This document shows, in pieces, positions 25,646 to 37,826 of a stretch of DNA of 64,000 nt. Each line of letters opens with the position of its first letter. Positions within the stretch are counted from its first letter, which is position 1. The stretch spans positions 77,190,001 to 77,254,000 of the forward strand of contig OZ024746.1 in NCBI GenBank assembly GCA_964016885.1, written 5' to 3'. This DNA is from Eledone cirrhosa. Taxonomy: Eukaryota. A program made the translations under genes and the position numbers. The notes beneath the pieces were generated by a model. The model was not told where the DNA came from. It saw only the letters and a list, made by a program, of their open reading frames with translations, and searched no databases.

Positions 25646-26724
25646 ACTACTACCTATACTTGTGCACCTACATTTTATAAACAACAAAAATGTGAGCTGT
25701 TCTGGATTGTAATGTAGTATATCAGTCTGAACCCAGATTTGAAGGGGATTTGGCTGCTATTTCTAGTAAGTTAAGCAACCATGTAGAGGCTCCCTTACTT
25801 TCCTTGTCTCAGGTAATTCTGCAAATGTTGGGACATTGGCAAATGGCCTGCTTTACTTCACCATTTTTTATTTCCACCAAAATTCCATGTGGTTCAAAGT
25901 TCTTCAAATTTGGTATACAATTTCTAATATATGTTCGTAGTTTTATTATTGCATAAAATATCAAATTTAAACTAGATTTTATGAATTCCTTGAAGGTACT
26001 TTTAACTATTACCATTTTTTTTGTAGATTTAGATTTAAGTTTTTTCCTTGGTTATTTGATATTTCATTTTTAGCTTGATCTTGATACTTTCTGAATTAGT
26101 TCTTTAACGCTTAACATCCTGTTATGATTTAACAGAAAATATCTAAAAATGATTGTTTAATCATGTTTATAGTATCTTTACTAGTGGACAGATCGTTGTA
26201 CACATTTTAATTTTTAATGTAATGCAGTCATAGTGCTGTTTTGTACTTTTCAAAAATTTCTTGTTAATGTGGTTTCATGTAGTACAGTACCAAAAAACGT
26301 GTTGGTACGTTTTTGGAAGTAAATAATGCAAATTGATCAAAATATTTTAAAAATTTTATTTTTTACGATGTCTTTGAAAAATGTAAATACTAACATGTAA
26401 TCCCAACCTGGGGCCAGTAAAATATGAAAAATACGGCATTGTTACTCTTAGATTTGAATATCTTATGTTAGTGTGTAAAATAATGGAAATGCTATGAGAG
26501 GTTGATAAATGGGGGAAATACATGGGAGAGTAATATATTTCATAAGTTTTATTATTGAAAAAACAAACACAAAACAAAAATTAAACTAGATTTTATGAAT
26601 TTCTTTTTATTACATTCTTCCTTCCCTTATATTTTCAAAATGTATTAATACTTAGCGATGAAGTAATTTTTATTTTGTTATTCAACTTCTTTTCTCTTTT
26701 AACTCTTCTTTTCTATATATGTAG

Positions 26725-26848
26725 GTTGAAATACAACTGTGAGCGCTTGATGTTCTACAACCCAATTGACTATGGACGCAAGGCAGAAGAAGTTCTGTGG
26801 CGGAAGGTCTTTTACGATATCATCCAACTTGTCAAGCGCAACAAACGG
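26725..26848 (+). CDS. SMG5: SMG5 exon 3 (LKYNCERLMFYNPIDYGRKAEEVLWRKVFYDIIQLVKRNKR)
   Basis: Diagnostic DYGRKAEExLWRKV motif. tag|...|gtaat, 124 nt. Confidence 0.97.
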
Positions 26849-27536
26849 GTAATCATTTGTTAATTTTTGTTTTTTATTCATTGTGAAGCTATATGGCCTA
26901 ATGGTAAGTGTGTTGGATTATAAGGTTATGGGTTTGGTTCCCTGACCAGACAGCATGTTATATTCCTAAGCAAGGCACTTCATTTTACATTGTTTTTTTA
27001 TGATAGGACTAGGGTTCCTATTATTGAGAAACTTATTGCTAAACCTTGTTTGGAACATAGCTTAAGTGAGGTTTTTGCATAAAATTATGATGAAAGGTTT
27101 TTAAATATATATAAACACTTTAAAATAAAAAAATTTTGAGTTGCAAAACCTGGACAGGTTTTATGTGTTTTGAAAGTTATTGATCAGAGAAAATGTATAG
27201 GAGAGAAGACTTTTTAATCATGTTGATGACTTGATGACCTCCCTGGCATTTGTGCCACGATAAAATGCACCCAGTATATTCTGTAAAATGTTTGGTGTTA
27301 GGAAGGGAATCCAGCCATAGAAACCATACCAAAATGGAATGTACAAGTGAAATGTAGTCAGCTGGCCCATCTAGGAGGGTGGTTATTCTGAATAAGAACA
27401 GGCCTGTCAAACCCACACCATCATGGGAGGTTAAATGATTATAATGTATTTCATTCAAATACTGAATCAAAGCGTTGATCTCAATGGCTTTTGTTGACTC
27501 CTTGTTTAAAGGAATCAAGTAGGTTATTATATTAGT

Positions 27537-28217
27537 CATATAAACGAACTAAGGAAAAAATTAGAAATAAGAGGGATCAGATGTTGTTTACTCGAGAGAA
27601 GGCTACGTTGGTATGGACACGTGATGCGCATGAAAGTCGATAGCTGTATAACAAAGTGCAGGGCAATAAAGATAGACGGTAACCACGGAATAGGCAGACC
27701 TAGAAAAACCTGGGACGAGCTGATAAACTCCGACCTCACACACTTACACCTCTCCAAGACAATGTCACTGGACCGAGACCTTTGGCGGTACTCAGTAACA
27801 GAGAAGACCCGCCTTACCTAAATACATAGTAAAACCTACTACAGCCAGTAGGCATCTCTAACAAAATACCCCCCGCCCCGCCCCACCACCCCCACCCCAT
27901 CCACACCACCCCGTTCTATGTAAAGTTGTGTTGGTGCCACACCATCCAGGCCGAAACAAATGAGATCGTGTAGGTGTCACGACAAAAAAAAAAACACACA
28001 GTCCACGCTGTAATGTGGCCGTGTAGGCAACACGGTAAAAACCTCCCAGCCCCACACTGTAAATGTGGTTGGTGTTAGGAAGGGCATCCAACTGTAGAAA
28101 ACCTGCCAGACAGTCCTATGCGAGCAAGACAATCACTCTTGCCTCAAGTGGGACTACCCCCGTCCAAACCCATGCAAGCGTGGAACACGGACGTTAAACA
28201 TTGATGATGATGATGAT
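27537..28217 (+). mobile_element. RTE-clade LINE 3' fragment (same family as 33975-35190)
   Basis: RLRWYGHVMRMK...GRPRKTW motif, shared 3' UTR and (GAT)n tail. Confidence 0.88.
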
Positions 28218-28591
28218 ATAGTAAGACACATAGCCTAGTTGTTAGGGTTTTGCACTATTAGGTTGTGGGTTTGATTTCTTGGTGAGTTGGCATGTTGTGT
28301 TCTTCAGTAAGATGCTTCATTTTATGTTGCGTTTCATGAGAGGTTTGGGACCCCTATCATTATAACATCTTAAAAAACTTAATGAGATGCATCCTTGCAG
28401 GAAGCCAACTAAACCAGCAGAGGTGTGAGCTGTAAATTACTTTTTTTTTTTCCCTTCCACCATATATTAACCTCCATCTTAAAAATTATTTCTTTTTACT
28501 TATACCAGGGTTTGAAGAGTTTGACAAAGAACACATTTATGAAAGATTACTAATATATCATTTGATTTTCTCTTTTCCCTTGTAATTCCAG

Positions 28592-28748
28592 CGTATTCGC
28601 CCACATGGTTCTCTTGAGACAGCATTCCGTACTCACCTTGCCGCTGCTACTGGATACTATTACCACCTACTTCTACGTCTACAGACTGAGTTCTGTTTAC
28701 AATTGGATGGAAAGCTGGATTTCCCTGTTGTACCTGATCACAGCACAG
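28592..28748 (+). CDS. SMG5: SMG5 exon 4 (RIRPHGSLETAFRTHLAAATGYYYHLLLRLQTEFCLQLDGKLDFPVVPDHSTG)
   Basis: EST1 domain motif LExAxRTHL..G.Y.HLL. cag|...G|gtaga, 157 nt. Confidence 0.96.
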
Positions 28749-29957
28749 GTAGAAATAACTATATCTTAACATACTTTTACCGGTTTCAGCCATCAGACTG
28801 CGACCATGCTGGGGTACTGCCTTCATTAATCAATCATATCAACCCCACTACTTATTTTATTGATCCCTTTTTTATTGAATTGCTAACTTACAGGACATAA
28901 ACACTGACACAGACATGGATGCATACATTCATTCATGTGTATAGTGTTATTGATCTATACGATAAACGAACCCAGTATATGCTGCAAAGTTGTTGGTGAT
29001 AAGAAGCACATCCAGTCGTAGAAAACTTACCAAATAAAAGGTTGGGAGGACCCTTCAATAGTGTCAAAGTCACGAATGCGTCCCTAGTGATGGTGTCATG
29101 ATAAAATGCACTCGGTAGAGTAAAAGATCATATGTAAGTGAGATGCAGACCCCCTGACTTATTGAAGGGATCATTAGCCTTGCTTAAGTACCTGTCCAAC
29201 CCTTGCTAGCAGGGAAAACGGACATTAAATCATCATTTAACGTCCATTTTCCACACTTGTATGGGTTAGAAGGGTTGTCACGTTATGAGACTATTCCGGA
29301 TAGGAGGCTACATCTTACTAATACAGATCTGTATTTTGGCTTGGTTTCTACAGCTGGAGTCCTTTCCTAACACCAACCATATTACAGCGTTGATTGGGTT
29401 CTTTTTACCATGGCACCAAAACAACCACCTTACAGAGTTTGTCAGGACACCAGCATGATCATCTCATAGGATGGATCGGGTGTTTTTTGTCGTGTCACCA
29501 GCACGACCATCTTATAGGGTGAAGTGGGCACTTTTGTCACGTCACCACCACCTTACAAGGTGGACTGAGTGCATTTTTGTTGTTTTGTGTCACCAGCATA
29601 ATCATCCAACGGTACTTTTTTTTCATGTCAGCAGCATGACCTGTATACCCTTGGCCTGTTTAGTTTTGAACTGTGATAATCTATCCATCCCATGCAAGCA
29701 TGGAAAGTAGACCCAGAATGATTATGATGATGATGATGGCTTTTCATTTTAACCATTTATCTTTTCTGTCCATTTGGATAAAACTCACCATTTTCTATTT
29801 GTTAATATGGGATTAGTTTTAGCTACGCATGGTTCCTCCAGCCTGTCTAGTCTTAAACCATGATAACCCATCCAACCTATGCAAATATGGAAAGTGGACA
29901 TAAAATGATGATATGAATTTTAAGCATCTATACTAATGACTTTTTTTTATTTTTCAG

Positions 29958-30065
29958 GGAAAAAGAGTCAGTTGCATAACTCTAAGAAGAAAGAGGTGAG
30001 CATTGCTGTTCAAGAGTGGGCATTAGGAGCATGCCACCGGTGTCTGGTTTACCTTGGAGATATTG
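29958..30065 (+). CDS. SMG5: SMG5 exon 5 (KKSQLHNSKKKEVSIAVQEWALGACHRCLVYLGDI)
   Basis: ACHRCLVYLGD motif of the EST1/14-3-3-like domain. cag|...G|gtaag, 108 nt. Confidence 0.97.
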
Positions 30066-30105
30066 GTAAGTTAAAGAATTGTATTATTTGCTAGAATATG
30101 GAGCG

Positions 30106-30330
30106 TGGTGGATTGGCAGTATCGGTAGAGCTTTCCTTGATCACCATGCCTCGCGGCACAGAGTTATGGCCCTTTGCGTTCTGATTTCAAATTCTGCTGA
30201 GGTTAGCTTTGCCTTTCATCTTTACGGGGTCGATAAAATAAAATAGCAGTAATGCACCGGGGGCGATTTAATCGATTTTCACCTTCCCTTTCAAATTCCT
30301 GACCTTGTGGCTAAATCGTAAACTATTATT
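30106..30330 (+). mobile_element. SINE family 1 copy. Further copies at about 35670-35855 (+), 43990-44125 (+), 24290-24470 (-), 50370-50570 (-)
   Basis: A/B boxes and core. Confidence 0.8.
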
Positions 30331-30954
30331 TGCTTGAACCATTGGGTAAGCTCATATCCCTTAATCTACATAGTTAGTGGAGAATTCTGGGCAAGTTTTT
30401 GATTTATAAAAATTTATAACAAGAAGCATTTTATGCTTTTTGATACCATCCTTCTGGCTCTATGAAACAAAACCTTAGAGGGTTCTTATTTTCCCAACAT
30501 AATTTTATATCTGAAGATATAATTCTTCATTAATTAATTAAGATAATGTGTATTTCATTGGAAATATGGTCAAGCAGGAGTTAGCTTTGTGGGCCTCATA
30601 ACAGGCTTTATACTAATTATGGAGTTCTCTTTCAAACAAAGTTTAACAGCTGGTGCCAACCATCTTAGTTGCCTCGTGATACAGTGCACCTATTCTAAAC
30701 TCGATAAATACAGTTGTTGCATCATAACAAACATGGGATGGATATCTGTTTACATTCTTTTCACTCTTTTAATATCAACGTTGCCAAAATTAAGCCTGGT
30801 TCTATGAAACAAAATCACCTATTTCAAGGTTTCTATTTAAATTAATATCTTATAATAACGAAATGCCAAGTTACAATCTTTGCAATGAAATATCAATAAT
30901 TTTAGTAAATCCCTCAAAGTTCCTGTATATTAATGTTACAGCTACTGTTTAGAG

Positions 30955-31008
30955 CAGTGGTCCCCAACCTTTTATAATAAATTCTACCTTAATGCTATAG
31001 CAAAACAG

Positions 31009-31043
<35 letters not shown>

Positions 31044-31843
31044 AACAATTTTTGATATAATTTTTTTTATGTAGAAATAATTTCGGCATGTCTTTTTATT
31101 TCAATCAAATCATTTAAAATTTATTATAAACCCTTTTTCGACAAAAAACATAAAAATAAGAACATATTATTTAATTTCAAAAAACAAATTAATGAGATTT
31201 CTGATTTCCTTTTAAAAAAAGATTCATCTTTTCCAAGTAGTTCAGGGTTACATTTTGAAAGATGTAATTTGAGCTTAGAAGGCCTCATAGAGTAATTTCC
31301 CAGTACCTTGAAACAAGTTACACATTGAGGCAAATCAATATTGTTCTTTTGCATGCAAACAAATCCCATTTGAAGATATGTATCATCATACTTTCTTTTT
31401 TTCTGTTTTTCTGACATTGAGAAATTCACTAAAATAAATAAAAAAAAGTTTCTATATCCAGTTTTAAATGATAAATTTACTAAAATAAATAATGAAAAGT
31501 ACTTCAAAATAGTCAAAGTAATTTTGTCAATGAGAAATTTACTAAAATAAATAATATATATCCTCTTATAAAAATAAATTTCTTTACTAAGTTTATTTAC
31601 TAAAACATAAATTGTTATATTCAGATTTAAATAATTATCAAATGAAGTAAAATCATAATTAGCAAAGGTAGAAAGTTGATAAAAAGTTGAATATAAAAAT
31701 TTGAAACAAGAAAAAGAAAAAAAATTATGTTAGGAAACTACTCTTCTTTTTTATGTATGAAATTTTGTGATTTTTAGTTAATTCCCGTGGCTCCCCCAAT
31801 AACTTGCTATGGCCCACTGGTGGGCCATAGCTAGGAACCAATG
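30955..31843 (-). mobile_element. Internally deleted hAT (Charlie/Buster-type) transposon
   Basis: BED finger KRKYDDTYLQMGF..PQCVTC..L...MRPSKLKLHL. Termini CAGTGGTCCCCAAC / GCTAGGAACCAATG. 8-bp TSD GTTTAGAG (30947, 31844). Confidence 0.88.
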
Positions 31844-32839
31844 GTTTAGAGAGTAGATTATCAAAGTTTGTAATGTAAGGGAAGTAACTTTTTACATTAC
31901 TGAATTTGTTGAACCTGCATCGTTTGATTAATGAAACAAGCCTACTTGTGAAATTAACCTGCAAGTTTCAGAGCGTTCCACAGACACGTGTACTCTTAAT
32001 GTAATTCATAAATTAGTACAACTCATTTTGTCCAGGGAATATGAAATAAGTACCTTGCTTAAGGTTGCAACATGTCATCAAGAATCAAACTTATATTATA
32101 ATCCTGACATCTGCCCTAACCACTTAGCCACGCACCTTCACATTATTGAATACATTCTTATTAAAATGATAACTAACTTAATCTAGATAGTAAATTAGCA
32201 GCCGTTAGAATGTCGGGTAGAATGCTATGTTGTATTCATTCTGGCTTTCTGCTTTCTGAGTTCAAATCCTGCCGAAGTCAGCTTTGAATTTCAGACTTTG
32301 ATCATAGATAGATATAAACACTTAAAAATACACAGATGTGTATCGCAAAACCTGGTGCAACTTCAAGTGGATTGATATCAAAATGTTAAGGAATTAAAAA
32401 TAGTTGAAATGTTGGAATCTAGTTGCAGAAATCGCTATAAATAATAGCCTAAGAAAATCGAGTAAAATATGGCCAGCAGCTCTACATTTCAAATTTTAAA
32501 TCATCCATGCTCTTTGATAAATTCTAAAATTCGTTTAACCCTTTAGCATTTACATTACTCTATATTTATTATTGTATTTTCATGGTAAAGGCTTCACTTC
32601 ACATAATTGTCTCGCATAATATTGAATCTATGATATTTTGATATTTTTTGTTTTGAGAACAATACCTGAACATCAGTATGAGTGGCTGGTTTCAGCCGGT
32701 TTGAACAGGAAGAGGAGAGAGAATTCTGGCCAGATATGGCTGGTTTAAATGCTCATGGGTTAAGGAATTAACTTTTGATATTCTAAACTTTCAGTTTTTA
32801 TCCTCTATGAAGTAATTGTAAATTTAAATGTATTTCCAG

Positions 32840-32929
32840 CCCGGTACCAACAAGATTTTGACCATAGTCTGAGTAACAGCACAGCTGAACGCTTTTATTA
32901 CCAAGCTCTTTGCCTCCTCCCTGATGTTG
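32840..32929 (+). CDS. SMG5: SMG5 exon 6 (ARYQQDFDHSLSNSTAERFYYQALCLLPDV)
   Basis: RYQ and AERFYYQAL motifs. cag|...G|gtaag, 90 nt. Confidence 0.97.
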
Positions 32930-33688
32930 GTAAGTTCTTTATTTCCTGTAATATATTCATTCATGGTGATATGCCATAATACTACAATGTTTATAGCATA
33001 TTTTTGATAAGAGGTCCCTTTCCCGGGAATGATGAAGACAACATCGAGTAGAGAGGACTGTGCATATCAAGTGATGAGAACCTCTCCAGTGGTTGTACCA
33101 CTGTAAGGGTGTTGACTATCAAATGAAGATAATATTGGGTAGAGATATCTTCTCAGTTTAGCTGAAAATATAAAACTGGTGCTTCAATAAAATGCATCCA
33201 CTATATTCTATTAAGGTATAGTCAAGAGTTATTTCCCTTGATATACATTCTTTGGCTGTTGTCCAAAATCGGAATAAAATCATTTAATAGAAAGTGGATA
33301 AAATTAGTATTTGTTTACTGATAAATCTCTTCAGAAGTATTATTGATTTCATACATCTAAAACTGTGTTGACCCCTAGCAGATAGCTGACGAGTGGGATG
33401 TTTCCTTCTGTCTTTTTTGTTTCGATTTTCCAGTGTCGTTGTGCTTGTCATTGGTGCTCAAATTTTTTAATTTTTTTTTTGCTGTTTTTGATACCAATCG
33501 ATACACACACACATATATATATATACACACACATATATATATACACACACACACACATATATATATATATACGCACATATATATATATATATATACACAC
33601 ACACACCCATTATAACCTAATAACATGTATATAAAACGAACACAGGTCATATGTCAACACTTTGGATGGGACCAGCCATGTAAACTCG

Positions 33689-33774
33689 CATATCCGAAGA
33701 AGTGTCGATTAAGAGTTAGGATCTGATCACCTGATCAAACCTGAGCTGATCGATATAGAAACAATTGTAATATG
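33689..33774 (+). ncRNA. Type I hammerhead-ribozyme-like motif (Penelope-type)
   Basis: Stem I CATAT/ATATG, core CCGAAGA (one change from CTGANGA), stem II GTGTCGAT/ATCGATAT, GAAAC-AATT-GTA, then AATAAA. Confidence 0.6.
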
Positions 33775-33974
33775 GAATAAATTTCACAAAAAGCTGCAAT
33801 TCTTAGTGTCACTATATATATATATACACATCTAAAACTGTGTTGACCCCTAGCAGGTAGCTGATGAGTGGGATGTTGCCTTCCGTCTTTTTTGTTTCAA
33901 TTTTCCAGTGTCTGTTGTGCTTGTCATTGGTGCTCCATTTTTTTTTTTTTACTATTTTATATATATATATATAT

Positions 33975-35190
33975 GTAGGAAGGAAAATAGGGCACTGGTC
34001 CCATCTGGGAAATGGCCATGCTCAGTGTGTAGGAAAGGAGTAGGCAGAAACTCCATTTTATGTCCCAAATGCAAAGTATGGGTGCATAAAAGATGTAGTG
34101 GCATCTCAGGTAAGCTAACTAAGAATATAGATTTTATGTGGCCGGTGCTCAGGTGCAATAAGTAGCAGCAAGTAACCACAGAATACTAGCTCATTCCATT
34201 GCACAGATGGTTCTATAGAAATAGTGGACACCTTCCGTTACCTGGGTGACAAAATCAGAAGTGCTGGGGGGTGCTCTGAAAGTACAGTAGCTAGAGTCAG
34301 AACGGGATGGAAAAAGTTCAGAGAGCTTATACCACTATTGGCCGCTAAAGGTGTCTCTCTAAAAATGAAAGGCAGGCTGTATGATGCCTGCATACGAACA
34401 GCAATGTTATATGGCAGTGAGACTTGGGCATTGTGTGCAGAGGATCTACGCAGACTGGAGAAGAACGAAGCTTGGATGCTCCGTTGGATGTGTAATAGTA
34501 ATATACGTGAATGGCAAAGCATAAATGAACTAAGTGAGAAATTAGGAATAAGAGGGATCAGATGTTGTTTACTCGAGAGAAGACTACGTTGGTATGGTCA
34601 CGTGATGCGCATGAAAGACGACAGCTGTATAAAAAAGTGCAGGGCGATCAAAATAGACGGAGTAGGCAGACCCAGAAAAACCTGGGACGACTTAATAAAT
34701 TCCGACCTCACACACTTACACCTCTCCAAGACAATGTTACTGGACCGAGATCTTTGGCGCTACGCAGTAATACAGAAGACCCTCCTTGCCTAAGTGCAAA
34801 GCGAAACCTACAGTCAGTAGGCACCTCTTAACCAAAATACACCCCCGTCCCACTACACCCACCCCATCCACACCACCCCTTTCGATGTAAAGTTATGTTG
34901 GTACCACAGCATCCAGTCCTAAATAAATGAGGTTGTGTAGGTGTCACGACAAAAAAAACATAGTCCACGCTGTAATGTGGCCGTGTAGGTAACACGGTAA
35001 AAACCTCCCAGTCCACACTGTAAACGTGGTTGGTGTTAGGAAGGGCATCCAGCTGTAGAAAACCCGCCAGACAGTCCTATGCAAGCAAGACAACCAATCT
35101 TGCCTCAAGTGGGAAAATTTCCGTCCAAACCCATGCTAGCATGGAAGATGGACGTTAAACGACGATGATGATGATGATGATGATGATGAT
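33975..35190 (+). mobile_element. RTE-clade LINE, 5'-truncated, with a PHD-like finger
   Basis: WPCSVCRKGVG..SILC..CKVWVHKRC, then FRYLG, YGSETW and RLRWYGHV. 3' UTR and (GAT)n tail. Confidence 0.9.
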
Positions 35191-35446
35191 ATATATATCT
35201 AAATATATATATATATAGAATACATCATCATCACTTGCATTGTTTGGGCAGGACTTTTTGATGCAATGTTTTAGAGCTGGATGCCCTTCCTGACATAAAC
35301 CCTTTTAGTCTCTGATGACACGCAGGTTTAAGGTGTATTTATCCTAAACTGGGTTCATATATACAGACACTTTTTTGATAATTAAATAATTAAAAATAAA
35401 TTGTAAATTATGTAATCTAAATGGATCTTTATCTTTTTCTTTTAAG

Positions 35447-35525
35447 GTATACCTCATAACCAGTTAGGAAGTTTGGTAGCATCACGCTACTTCCACACAG
35501 AAGCTGCTTATCATTATATAAGATG
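35447..35525 (+). CDS. SMG5: SMG5 exon 7 (GIPHNQLGSLVASRYFHTEAAYHYIRC)
   Basis: GxPxNQLG motif. aag|...TG|gtaag, 79 nt. Confidence 0.96.
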
Positions 35526-36398
35526 GTAAGTTAAAGATAAGGCATTGAGTTTTGCTGGTTATAAATGATTAATTTTTTCAATACCAACCTTCTTGAAACC
35601 ACCTTTCGCCCCATGACACAAAACTTCTCCCTTCAACCTATTCATATCATTAACATTATTATAACGTTTGGTGGATTGGCAGAATCGGTAGAGCGTCGGA
35701 CACCATGCTTCACAGCATAGAGTTATGGCCCTATGCGGTCTGAGTTCAAATCCCGCTGAGGTTAGCTTTGCCTTTTATCCTTAAGGAGTAAGGTCGATTT
35801 AATCGATTTCCCCCTTCCCCTTCAAATTGCTGGCCTTATGCCTAAAGTAGAAATATTTATAATGTTTTATGTCCATTTTGTCATATATTTAAATTAAAAC
35901 CTTCCATCATAATTTTATGGAAGAATCTTTTGAGTTGTGTTCCAGAGAACAGCTTGATAATATCAAATACTACATAACATATGATTTTCAAATCATTTTC
36001 TAAATAATTAAGAATTTTGGGATTTTACTAAAATAACCATCATAATTTTATATAAGAATCTTTAAGTTGTGCTCCAGACACCAACTTGATAATGTCAGTT
36101 GTTTCATCATTATCACTGTTTTATGTCTAAAAAGATATGAAACAGTGATGAAGATGATGATGAGGAACCAACTTTGTCATTATTAAGCTGGTGTTTGGAG
36201 TACAACTTAACAAAGATTCTTGCATAAAATTATTAGACAAATATAAGCTCTTTGTATTGTAGAACTAGGGGTAGTTTCGGGTGGTTTGGTATCAAAAGAT
36301 TTTTATCAAAATACTTGAATAATTATTGGGAGTTGATGCAATTCAATCTTATATGCTTTCACCTATACTTATATTATATTATATTTTTATCAAAACAG

Positions 36399-36524
36399 TC
36401 TGGTAAGCCAAAAGCCATTTGATGGTGCCCATGGGAATTTAAAACGTCTTCTGGAGAAAAACCTTAAAAGATTCACAGAATTATCTCAAAAATCTCCCCG
36501 TGATCTCCCTCCTGAACAACAGAG
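36399..36524 (+). CDS. SMG5: SMG5 exon 8 (LVSQKPFDGAHGNLKRLLEKNLKRFTELSQKSPRDLPPEQQR)
   Basis: F.GA.GNLKRL motif. cag|...AG|gtaag, 126 nt. Confidence 0.95.
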
Positions 36525-37039
36525 GTAAGCAAGAAATTTATTTTTCTAAAAATCAGATTGTCTGTTCTTCCAGTCAGCTACTTATTAGATCACATCATCA
36601 TCATCTTCATTTAACATGTTTTCCCTGCTAACAAGGGTTGGATAAGTCATTACAGACCAAATTAGTACTTGCAGCTACTGACCTCACAGGCAGGCTTGAT
36701 GCTCTGTTTCTAGCTTATATATGTTCCCACACTCTACAGATTGCCTTGGGTGTATTTTATCATGGTACCAACACTAGGCAGGTCATGTCTACTAATTTTC
36801 AAATTTAACTAAGTACAGGGGTTCTCCAAAGTGGTTAATATTGATCCTCCAGGGGTCGATGGAACTATACTGAAGGGGCCAATTGACTTTTTGTTCCAAG
36901 AACTGACATTTGTAAAAGAAATTAAGTTACATAAAATATTGGAGGAGGGTGCTCTGAGAGCATATTAGCTAGAATAAGGATCTGATGGAAAACATTTAGA
37001 GAACTACTCCCACTGTTGACCACAAAACGTTTCTCCCTA

Positions 37040-37460
37040 CTTACAAAAAGATGACTGTGACTGCAGAGGACATACATTGATTGGAGAGAAATGAAGTAAC
37101 CGTGCTCTGTTGGATGTGCAATGTAAAGCAGAGCTTGAACGAGTTGAGGGAGAAGCTGGGTTTAAGAGGAATCTGAAGTGGTGTGCAGGAGAGAAAACTG
37201 CATTGATTTGGACATGTGATACTCATTGACAATGATCATTGGGTGAAGAAATGCCAGTGTAGAGGTATACCAAGAAAGACCTGGGCAGATAATTGAGACA
37301 GTATATTTTTAACTTATAATGTAAATTAGTTGGTATTAGGAAATGTAACCAGCCGTAAAAACCAAATGAAATATGGGGCATATGAGCAAGACATAGTTTT
37401 CTGATCAGTGACTACCTGTCTAACCTTTGCCGGCATGGAAAACAAGACGTAAAATGATGG
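37040..37460 (+). mobile_element. Degenerate RTE 3' fragment
   Basis: Remnant LERNE..LCWMC, ERKLH*FGHV and PRKTW motifs, plus tail. Confidence 0.6.
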
Positions 37461-37476
37461 CAATGGCCTTCTAGAC

Positions 37477-37651
37477 CAGCGTTTTTTTAACCCTTATACC
37501 CTGTGGAACCCTTGAAATAGTTTTCATGTCTCAGGGAACCTTTACATAAAAATTATTATATGACATTATTGATATCTATCTATTTTATATTATTTATCAC
37601 TGTTTCTTGCGGAACCGTAGGCTTCTGAAGAACACCAGTTGAGAAACGCTG
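37477..37651. mobile_element. hAT-type MITE
   Basis: TIRs CAGCGTTTTTTTAAC / GTTGAGAAACGCTG. Perfect 8-bp TSD TTCTAGAC. Confidence 0.85.
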
Positions 37652-37754
37652 TTCTAGACTGATATATTTTATTAAGAATTTATCTAGAAAGAGAAAATAT
37701 GTTTGTATTTTTTAAAATTGATTTCTATAAATATTATTATTTTTTTCTTTACAG

Positions 37755-37826
37755 ACCACGAGACATCAAAAGATTCTTTGTCTACTTTCTTTATTTGTTG
37801 GATATCTTTTATAACAATTCACGAAA
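37755..37826 (+). CDS. SMG5: SMG5 exon 9 (PRDIKRFFVYFLYLLDIFYNNSR)
   Basis: DIKR..V.F.YL motif. cag|...AA|gtaag, 72 nt. Confidence 0.93.

Noticed and set aside
31124-31516. Domesticated ZBED5/ZBED8-like host gene
   Set aside because: Only the BED finger remains, with no DDE domain, and it lies between TIRs with an 8-bp TSD.
33384-33400. CTGACGA/CTGATGA in the 110-bp duplicate as further hammerheads
   Set aside because: No stem II-GAAA-UH follows.
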